This document shows positions 30,693 to 38,468 of a DNA stretch of 64,000 bases, in pieces. The notes beneath the pieces were generated by a model. That model had not been told where the DNA came from. It was given only the letters and a program-made list of their open reading frames with translations, and did not search any database. Source of the stretch: Candidatus Eiseniibacteriota bacterium (lineage in GTDB: Bacteria > Eisenbacteria > RBG-16-71-46 > JABDJR01); contig CAWANH010000029.1 in the NCBI GenBank assembly GCA_963783375.1, forward strand, positions 1,056,001 to 1,120,000. The letters run 5' to 3'. A program made the translations under genes and the position numbers. Within the stretch, counting starts at the first letter, position 1, and every line of letters begins with the position of its first letter.

Positions 30693-31225
30693 TGGCGGAG
30701 AGGGAGGGAGAGTCGTGGCGCCCGCTACGCTCCGCCACGACATCCCCGGTCGCCGTGCTTCCTCAGGTTCCAGCGGATGACTACCTGAGTTGTCTTCATG
30801 TGGCGGAGAGGGAGGGAGAGTCGTGGCGCCCGCTACGCTCCGCCACGACATCCCCCGACACCGTGCGAACCGGAGGAGCAGCCGACAATCAACGTTGTCA
30901 TCACATGGCGGAGAGGGAGGGAGAGTCGTGGCGCCCGCTACGGCCACGACATCCCCGGTCGCCGTGCTTCCTCAGGTTCCAGCGGATGACTACCTGAGTT
31001 GTCTTCATGTGGCGGAGAGGGAGGGAGAGTCGTGGCGCCCGCTACGCTCCGCCACGACATCCCCGGTCGCCGTGCTTCCTCAGGTTCCAGCGGATGACTA
31101 CCTGAGTTGTCTTCATGTGGCGGAGAGGGAGGGAGAGTCGTGGCGCCCGCTACGCTCCGCCACGACATCCCCGGTCGCCGTGCTTCCTCAGGTTCCAGCG
31201 GATGACTACCTGAGTTGTCTTCATG
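30693..31225 (-). repeat. tRNA-Ser(CGA)-anchored tandem array, 5 units of 104-108 bp
   Basis: Units start at 30693, 30801, 30906, 31010 and 31118. Each begins on the + strand with TGGCGGAGAGGGAGGGA, the reverse complement of the last 17 nt of the tRNA. Confidence 0.97.
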
Positions 31226-31313
31226 TGGCGGAGAGGGAGGGATTCGAACCCTCGGAACCCGGAGGTTCAACGGTTTTCGAGACCGCCCGATTCAACCACT
31301 CTCGCACCTCTCC
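31226..31313 (-). tRNA. tRNA-Ser (CGA)
   Basis: GGAGAGGTGCGAGAGTGGTTGAATCGGGCGGTCT-CGA-AAACCGT, long variable arm, GGTTCGAATCCC...GCCA. Confidence 0.97.
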
Positions 31314-31373
31314 GCAAAACCTTTACATCAGGCGGGCGGAAGAGGTTAGCAGGTTTGCGTAGCGGGAACAAGA

Positions 31374-31400
31374 CGGCCGGGCCCTTCGGGAGCCCGGCCG
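31374..31400 (-). terminator. Putative terminator after the 864-aa gene
   Basis: CGGCCGGGC...GCCCGGCCG hairpin followed by TCTTGTT on the minus strand. Confidence 0.5.
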
Positions 31401-31439
31401 CCCCAAACGTCCGAATGCGGGTCCAGGTGCCCCACCCCG

Positions 31440-34034
31440 TCACTCGAGCAGGATGGCCCTTCGCACGCGGGTCTCTCCTCCCGCCTGTATCTTGATCAGA
31501 TACCACCCGGCGGCGGCCCGTCCGCCGGCGTCGGTCCGGCCTGCCCAGGTCGCGGTGTGGGTCCCGGGTCCATTCACCTCGTCAACCAGGGTGCGGACGA
31601 CCCGTCCCTGGAGGTCGTGGACCGTGACCCGCACCGCCCGGGTCTCGGGGAGCGAGTAGGAGAGGCTCATGCGCCCGCTGGATGGGTTGGGGACGGCGCG
31701 CCCCGCCGTGAATCCGGCGGGGATCCCCACCGCCGCCGGAAGCACCGCCGGCCCGATCCAGCCCCGGTTGCCGGAGCGGCTGAGCTCCGCCAGCCAGTAC
31801 TCCACCATTCCCAGGGGGGCGGCGGGATCGCGGAAGTCGTACTCCGTACGCCCGGCCAGGAGGCCCACGCTGAGACCGACGCGTTCTCCGCCCGGCTCCC
31901 GACGATAGACCAGGAACCCGGCATGGTCGGTCGCTTCGGCCACCCGCCACCGGAGCAGGGCCTCCACCCCCACACGCTCCGCGGTGAAGGACGACAACCG
32001 GACCGGGGTCGGCCCGCAGGTATCACACGGGGTGACCGCGAAGAAGTCGGGGGAATTGGGCAGGTTCCCAAATTCCGAGGAGCTCAGGGCCCCGAATGCG
32101 GTCACCGCGTACCGATAGTGAGTTCCGTTGACGACCGCGGTATCCACGAAGGTATAGCGGCCGATCGGATAGAGTGGACATCCCTGCTCGGTGACACCGA
32201 TCTGTCCCACGTTGTGGTCGAGGATGGTCCGCAGGTCCTGCGCCCCCCCGGCCGGGTTCTCCCGATACTCCGCCACCAGCGTCCACGCGTCATCGCCGGG
32301 CCCCACCCAATCTCCCTGCCAGTCGGCCACCTTCCACACCCGGTAGCCCTCGAAGATCCTCAGGCCGGAGAAGGCGTCGACGTCGTAGCACTCGGAACGG
32401 TTGTCCCACTGGAGGGTCACCTCGCCGTTTCCGGCGGGTGGAACGTAGGCGAGGAGGTTCGGATCGTGTTCCGGGTCCAGGGACGGATCGAGATTCGTCA
32501 GCGGATCCGGCGGCGCCACGTTGCCGACCCAGCGCAGGACCGCCTCCTGCCCGCTCACCCCCGTGCATGGATCGCAGTCACCGTCCACCCAAGTGCACGC
32601 GGTCGACCTGATGGTGATCGTGACCGCCGATGTATCGCAGGGATCGTCCCAGAGGATCTCTTCGCCGGGGTTCAGTACGCGGAGACAGGTCTCCTTGCCG
32701 TCGATTCCAGTTGTCGGATTCTGATCCGCGTCGACATAGGCCCCCCGGTACACCATGGCTGCGGCGGTCGAGTTCTCCCGGAACCCGGTGAATCCGTCCC
32801 CGATCACGTAGGCCATCTGGAAGCCCACGGACTCGCCCGGCTCCAGCCCCTGGAACGGCCCCGCCGCGCTCACGTGGCTGTAGTCCCCGGGGTCGGCGGC
32901 GCTCCCGGCGGCCACTCCGGGCCGGGGGTTCCCGGTGTCGAATCCCCCCAGCGCCATGAGCTGGTAGCGATCGGGATCGTTGTTGGGGAGGCTGTCCGGC
33001 GAGGTCTGGAGGAACCACCGGATGGTCCTCGGGCCGACCCGGGCGGGAGCGCGCAGGCCGTTGCCGTCGGTCGGGTGACCGAGGATCACGGTGCCGAACA
33101 CTCCAGGGACGTCGCCCCCATCGCTTCCGGTGGCGAGATCCGGAGCGTCCCACATGAACGCGGCGTTGAATTCAAGATCGGTCGAGGAACACGCTCCCGG
33201 GAGACCCGTGGAGACGGTGGTGTCCATCCGGGCCCAGCCGACCAGATCATCGCTCCAGTAGTCGCCATGGTCCCGGGGGCCGATGTCGGAATCGCAATGG
33301 ATGCCCAGGTAGATGTCGTGCAGGTGCTGATCGCCGTGATTGATGATCTGGAAGTCGAAGCCGATGAACTCGTTGATCCCATCGGTGGACCATTGGAACG
33401 AGCGCTGTCGCACCAGCACGCCGAGGGGAACGTGATCGGGACTCTGCGCGATCGCTTCCGGAGTGTCGTCCTGGTAGACACACGAAAGCATCTGGGAACC
33501 CGCGGCGGCGAAGTCCTCGTCGATCTTCCCGTCCCCGTCGTCGTCAAAGCCGTCCTGGAAGTCCTCATCGACCACGCTGTCGTGATCGTCGTCCCCCGAG
33601 GTTCCGGGACCCGGCCGTTCTCCGTGCGGCGTCCCCTGAAAGGACTCATAGATCGTCGAGCGCGAATCGAGGCTGGGGCGGAGTTCCGACGGCGTTCCCG
33701 TGGAGACGTGGGGCTGATCGTCCGAGCCATAGGCCCCGATCCATGGCGAGGAAGAGAAGAGGTACTCCCCGCCCCGCCACGCGGCGGAGTAGTCGTCAAT
33801 GTACGGGTTTCCCACGATCCCGAGGTTGGTGACCTGCAGGACCAGCCGCCCAGCGTCGTGCTGGAACAGGTAGGGCGCGTGGATGGCGTAGACGCTGATT
33901 CCCAGGACCCCCGGGGTCCCCGGGTCGGCAACCGGGGTGCGTGCCTGGGCGCTGGCGGCGGACGCAAGCAGCAAAGCGAAGGCCAGGCAGAGAACGGAGT
34001 GGAACCTGGGTACGAAGCGATCGGCACATCTCAT
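31440..34034 (-). CDS. Large secreted protein with Asp-rich Ca-binding-like repeats and FlgD-Ig C-terminal domain (864 aa)
   Basis: Signal peptide, DDDHDSVVDED/DDDGDGKIDED repeats, FEGYRVW, YRYAVTAF, and C-terminal PNP...HDLQGRVVRTL...WAGR...GWY. Confidence 0.8.
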   Translation of the reverse strand: MRCADRFVPRFHSVLCLAFALLLASAASAQARTPVADPGTPGVLGISVYAIHAPYLFQHDAGRLVLQVTNLGIVGNPYIDDYSAAWRGGEYLFSSSPWIGAYGSDDQPHVSTGTPSELRPSLDSRSTIYESFQGTPHGERPGPGTSGDDDHDSVVDEDFQDGFDDDGDGKIDEDFAAAGSQMLSCVYQDDTPEAIAQSPDHVPLGVLVRQRSFQWSTDGINEFIGFDFQIINHGDQHLHDIYLGIHCDSDIGPRDHGDYWSDDLVGWARMDTTVSTGLPGACSSTDLEFNAAFMWDAPDLATGSDGGDVPGVFGTVILGHPTDGNGLRAPARVGPRTIRWFLQTSPDSLPNNDPDRYQLMALGGFDTGNPRPGVAAGSAADPGDYSHVSAAGPFQGLEPGESVGFQMAYVIGDGFTGFRENSTAAAMVYRGAYVDADQNPTTGIDGKETCLRVLNPGEEILWDDPCDTSAVTITIRSTACTWVDGDCDPCTGVSGQEAVLRWVGNVAPPDPLTNLDPSLDPEHDPNLLAYVPPAGNGEVTLQWDNRSECYDVDAFSGLRIFEGYRVWKVADWQGDWVGPGDDAWTLVAEYRENPAGGAQDLRTILDHNVGQIGVTEQGCPLYPIGRYTFVDTAVVNGTHYRYAVTAFGALSSSEFGNLPNSPDFFAVTPCDTCGPTPVRLSSFTAERVGVEALLRWRVAEATDHAGFLVYRREPGGERVGLSVGLLAGRTEYDFRDPAAPLGMVEYWLAELSRSGNRGWIGPAVLPAAVGIPAGFTAGRAVPNPSSGRMSLSYSLPETRAVRVTVHDLQGRVVRTLVDEVNGPGTHTATWAGRTDAGGRAAAGWYLIKIQAGGETRVRRAILLE

Positions 34035-34174
34035 CGGCCTCGTCTCCTTACTTCAGCCCTAGCCCGCCATTCATACCATGGTTGAATTCAGGCTGCCACT
34101 GCTTTTGGTTGCCTCACCCCCTGAATCTGATATGTTTCGACCGCTTGCGAACTTATGACACCAGGAGGGCATCC

Positions 34175-34597
34175 ATGAAATCGAACCGGTCGGTGGTATT
34201 GCTCGCGATGGTCATGGCTCTGACGCTGGGCGCCTGCTTCGGTAAGGACGACGGCGCCAAGGCGGGGGGAAAGCTCCCCGATGACTTCGCCAGCGTCTTC
34301 CCCCTTCCCGCGAACGCGACCGTCACCAAGATGGCGGGGGCCCCCATGGCCAAGACCTTCGAGGCCTCGTTCTCCGCGCCGGGAACCGCGGTCGAGATCC
34401 GGGATTTCTACACCCGAAAGCTCGACGCGGACGGGTGGTCCATGAACGCCTCGACGGTGTCCGAAACCCCCTGGATGGACAACGGGCCGGTGTACTCGTC
34501 CACCGCCCGCGGCCACGGTTACTTCGTGACCGTCACCATCGACAAGGGGGACGGGCCCAAGACCAGTTTCAAGGCCATGGTGGGAATCAGCCGCTGA
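34175..34597 (+). CDS. Hypothetical lipoprotein
   Basis: AGGAGG RBS and lipobox LGAC. Confidence 0.75.
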   Translation: MKSNRSVVLLAMVMALTLGACFGKDDGAKAGGKLPDDFASVFPLPANATVTKMAGAPMAKTFEASFSAPGTAVEIRDFYTRKLDADGWSMNASTVSETPWMDNGPVYSSTARGHGYFVTVTIDKGDGPKTSFKAMVGISR

Positions 34598-34666
34598 TCC
34601 CGGGGGAATCCCCGTCAAGTGCCGGTCTCCGGGGCCCGGAGGTTAACGCGCCACGTTGCTAACCCA

Positions 34667-35091
<425 letters not shown>

Positions 35092-35296
35092 GCGAAGCCG
35101 AAATGTCGGTGGGACGCCTGATGCCGGTCCGCACCCCAAAACAAGCCCGGTCGGGTCACCCCGGCCGGGCGCAGGATTATACCGAATCGACCCCGCCCCG
35201 GCGAGAGAGGATCCACGCTCCGGGCCGCCCCGGTTCATCCGGGTGAACCCGATCGGTCCAGCCCCCGCTCCGGGACGAGCCCCGGCGGAGGGACCC

Positions 35297-35797
35297 CTAT
35301 TTGGCCTGGGCGTCCCGGCGGAGCCTCTCGAAGAACGCCTTGAGCAGAAGCCCGCACTCCTCGGCCATGGGTCCGGGGACCACCTCGGTGTGATGGTTCA
35401 GGGGTTCGTGGACCGAGACGTCGGTGACCGACCCGAGCACCCCCCGCTTGGGATCGGCGCTCGCGAACACGACCTTCCGGAGCCGGGCCAGGAAGATCCC
35501 CCCGGCGCACATGAGGCAGGGCTCGAGGGTCACGTAGAGGTCCGCCCCCTCCAGGCGCCAGGATCCCAGGGTATTGGCCGCCGCGGTGATGGCGAGCATC
35601 TCCGCGTGGGCGGTGGGATCCTGGAGAGCCTCGTTCCGGTTGTGCCCCCGCCCCAAAATCCGCCCCCCCTGAACCACGATCGCCCCCACCGGGACCTCGT
35701 TCTCCTCCGCGGCCTGACGGGCCTCCTCGTAGGCCATCTGCATCCAGCGAAGATCCTGGTCGGGAGTGAGCGGGGGGAGTTCCTCTTCCGGACCCAT
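35297..35797 (-). CDS. tadA: tRNA adenosine(34) deaminase
   Basis: EVPVGA, DPTAHAEM and YVTLEPCLMC motifs. Confidence 0.92.
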   Translation of the reverse strand: MGPEEELPPLTPDQDLRWMQMAYEEARQAAEENEVPVGAIVVQGGRILGRGHNRNEALQDPTAHAEMLAITAAANTLGSWRLEGADLYVTLEPCLMCAGGIFLARLRKVVFASADPKRGVLGSVTDVSVHEPLNHHTEVVPGPMAEECGLLLKAFFERLRRDAQAK

Positions 35798-35798
35798 C

Positions 35799-36545
35799 TC
35801 AGCGACCTCCGTCGTCTCCGCGATTGTCGCCCATACCCGAGGAGGGCGCCTTCTTGATGAGGGGCAGGGTGTCCGCGATCTCGGTGGACACGGTCACCGC
35901 CACCTTCTCGATGGGCGGCGGATCCGGCACCGCCTTCTCGCTGGTAACCGCCGCGCGGTGGCTGTCGGTCGCCCGGATGTTGTACTCGGGATTGTACGGC
36001 TGGGACTTCTCGGTCTTGAGATCACTGGCCGACCAGAGCAGCGTACCGTCCGGAGCGTACATCTCTACCCGGGCGCCCACCGAGGTATCCGAAGTGCCTT
36101 CCTGACTGGCGGAGATCTTGACCTCCTCCCACTTGTTCACCTCGATCGCCACCACCGCATCGTAGCCGGTGGCTTCCAGGACCGCGGCCAGCGCCTTTTC
36201 GTCCAGCTTCCGGACCTTCTGCCAACTGCTCACCAGACGGTCGAAGTCCTCGCGCACCCCGGTCCGGTCGGCGTCCCGCATGAAAGTCTCGCGGTCGGCG
36301 ATGTAGTACTTGTTGGTGCCGCCGAGAGCCCGGGTCAGGTAATCGACCATCGCGTCCGCATCCTGATTCCCGGTCGTGTTGGCCCCGGCCAGAACCGCGA
36401 CCTTGCTCACGTTGTAGCTGTCGATGTTCGTCGCCAGTTCCGTCTTCACCTTCACCGCGCCCCGCCCCCCGCTCGCGGCCTGGCATCCGGCCATCGCAAT
36501 CGCGCCCATCATGGCTACCATCCCGATCCAACCGATTCGTCGCAT
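35799..36545 (-). CDS. Hypothetical lipoprotein (LpoB/CsgG-like fold possible)
   Basis: Lipobox MAGC; abuts tadA. Confidence 0.7.
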   Translation of the reverse strand: MRRIGWIGMVAMMGAIAMAGCQAASGGRGAVKVKTELATNIDSYNVSKVAVLAGANTTGNQDADAMVDYLTRALGGTNKYYIADRETFMRDADRTGVREDFDRLVSSWQKVRKLDEKALAAVLEATGYDAVVAIEVNKWEEVKISASQEGTSDTSVGARVEMYAPDGTLLWSASDLKTEKSQPYNPEYNIRATDSHRAAVTSEKAVPDPPPIEKVAVTVSTEIADTLPLIKKAPSSGMGDNRGDDGGR

Positions 36546-36623
36546 TTCGCCACCTCCTCCATCGCCCGGCGGGCGGGGTGTCTGAGGAACCCCAACCCAC
36601 CATACGCTCCACCCAACGCCCCA

Positions 36624-37157
36624 TCAAGAACCAGACTGGGGACTCTCGGGATAGGTCTTCTTGTATTCGAGATAGTTCCGCACGCCGAACATGATGAGGC
36701 TCTCCAACTCCTCGTCGGTCACCCCGCGAACCACCCGGGCCGGCCGACCCACCACCAGGCTCCGCGGGGGGATCTCGGTGCCGGGGGTGATCAGGGTGCC
36801 CGCCCCCACCACCGACTCCTCGCCCACCACCGACCCGTCCATGAGGGTCGATCCCATCCCTATCAGGACCCGGTCCTTCACCGTGCACCCGTGAAGGAGC
36901 ACGTTGTGTCCGGCCACGACGTCGTTCCCGATCACCGTGGGCCAGGTATCGATGCTCACGTGGATGGTGGAGTTGTCCTGGATGTTGGTCCGATCGCCGA
37001 TGCGAATGAAGTTGACGTCGCCGCGGACCACGACGTTGAACCAGAGGCTGGCCTCTTCACCCAGCACCACGTCACCGATGACGGTGGCGGTGGGGGCCAG
37101 GTACACCGAGGCGGGGATGGTCGGGGTGATGCCGTGGTGCGGGATGACGAGCGGCAT
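36624..37157 (-). CDS. Gamma carbonic anhydrase family protein
   Basis: VRGDVN, NIQDNSTIH and GHNVLLHGC motifs with hexapeptide repeats. Confidence 0.92.
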   Translation of the reverse strand: MPLVIPHHGITPTIPASVYLAPTATVIGDVVLGEEASLWFNVVVRGDVNFIRIGDRTNIQDNSTIHVSIDTWPTVIGNDVVAGHNVLLHGCTVKDRVLIGMGSTLMDGSVVGEESVVGAGTLITPGTEIPPRSLVVGRPARVVRGVTDEELESLIMFGVRNYLEYKKTYPESPQSGS

Positions 37158-37257
37158 GATGGCCCTTTCGCCGCGGCCGGGACGGGGCGCGGCGTCCGCG
37201 CCGGTCCGCCGGAGAAAACCCCGGGCCGTCCTCGACCCGGGGAAGGGAATGACTGAG

Positions 37258-37334
37258 TGGTGGGCCCAGCAGGAGTCGAACCCGCAACCTTTTGATCCGT
37301 AGTCAAACGCTCTATCCAATTGAGCTATGGGCCC
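37258..37334 (-). tRNA. tRNA-Arg (ACG)
   Basis: GGGCCCATAGCTCAATTGGATAGAGCGTTTGACT-ACG-GATCAAA...GGTTCGACTCC...CACCA. Confidence 0.97.
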
Positions 37335-37421
37335 AAGCTCTTTGACCGCCAAGGACTTAGCGGAAGACAATCCCCTCCCGCCCGCGGCGCCGGGACATTA
37401 TACGGGGGAGGTCATCGCCTT

Positions 37422-38237
37422 TCAATCCTGGACTTCGGCGCCGGGGGATCTTCCCTGCCCCAAGATCCGGTCCACCGCCTCGGCCAGGTCCGCCACCACC
37501 CGGTCGGCCTGCCGGGGGGAGGCGGCGTATCGCTCCTCCCGGTACTTCCCGGTCCGCACCTGGATCCCGGTCAGGCCGGCATCCATGGCCGGGACGACGT
37601 CGCCCCACAGATCGTCCCCCACCATGGCGACCTCGCCCGGGGAAAGGCCCAGGCGACGGACCCCGGCCCGGAAGAAGTCGAGGCTCGGTTTTCCCACCAC
37701 CAGGGCCTCGGTCTCCCCGGCATACTCCAGCAGCTTCACGAAGGGTCCACAATCCAGCACCAGCCCGTCCGGTCCCTGGTAATACCGGTTCAGGGCGAGA
37801 GCCACCAGCACCGCCCCGTCGTGGAGCCAGTGGAAGGCGCGGGTCAGGGTATCGGGGGTGAAGCCATCCCCCAGATCCCCCACCAGAACCGCGTCCACCG
37901 GTTCGCCCGCCGGAGCCTGAGGGAGGACGGGCTCGACGCCGGGGAGATCCTCGGCCAGTTCGGGTACGCAGAGCCACCCCACCCGCCGGCACCCCCGCTC
38001 GGCCAGGAGATCGCCGGCCATCTGGGCCGCGGTCAGAAACCGGTCGTCGTCGATCTCGAACCCCAGCTCGCGCAGGGTGCGAAGGATCCGGGAGCGGGGG
38101 TAGAGGGTGCTGTTGGTGAGGAAGAGATGGGGGAATCCCGCCCGGCGAAGCCGGCGCACCGCCTCCACACTTCCATCGATGGCGTTCGGGTGGGTGTAGA
38201 GCACCCCGTGAACATCGGACAGGAGACCCTTGATCAT
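37422..38237 (-). CDS. HAD-IIA hydrolase (LHPP/HDHD2-like)
   Basis: DVHGVL, LTN, VGKP, MVGDD and VRTGKY motifs. Confidence 0.88.
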   Translation of the reverse strand: MIKGLLSDVHGVLYTHPNAIDGSVEAVRRLRRAGFPHLFLTNSTLYPRSRILRTLRELGFEIDDDRFLTAAQMAGDLLAERGCRRVGWLCVPELAEDLPGVEPVLPQAPAGEPVDAVLVGDLGDGFTPDTLTRAFHWLHDGAVLVALALNRYYQGPDGLVLDCGPFVKLLEYAGETEALVVGKPSLDFFRAGVRRLGLSPGEVAMVGDDLWGDVVPAMDAGLTGIQVRTGKYREERYAASPRQADRVVADLAEAVDRILGQGRSPGAEVQD

Positions 38238-38468
38238 GCTTCGTTTCCCCGCGTCTCTGACCCGCACCCAGGCCGGCGGTCTTGACGGCGTTCGCGGCCT
38301 TGTTTCCGCGAACCCCCTTCCCTATGATGGCGCACGACGCTCCGGGCGGAAACCCACGGCGTGGCTCACCCGGCCCGTTCGCGAGCCCGCGGCCACGGTG
38401 GAGATCCGTCCGCCGGCTCGGGCGTCGCGCGACGGATTCCCGCCTCCATTCCGAAGGAATCGACGACG

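Noticed and set aside
30693-31225. CRISPR array
   Set aside because: The constant part is about 55 bp and derived from tRNA, four of five spacers are identical, and no cas genes are present.
30615-31506. Repetitive ORFs over array 1 (and 34619..35246 over array 2)
   Set aside because: They overlap tRNA genes, and unit lengths of 104, 110 and 112 bp break frame, so they are by-products of the repeats.
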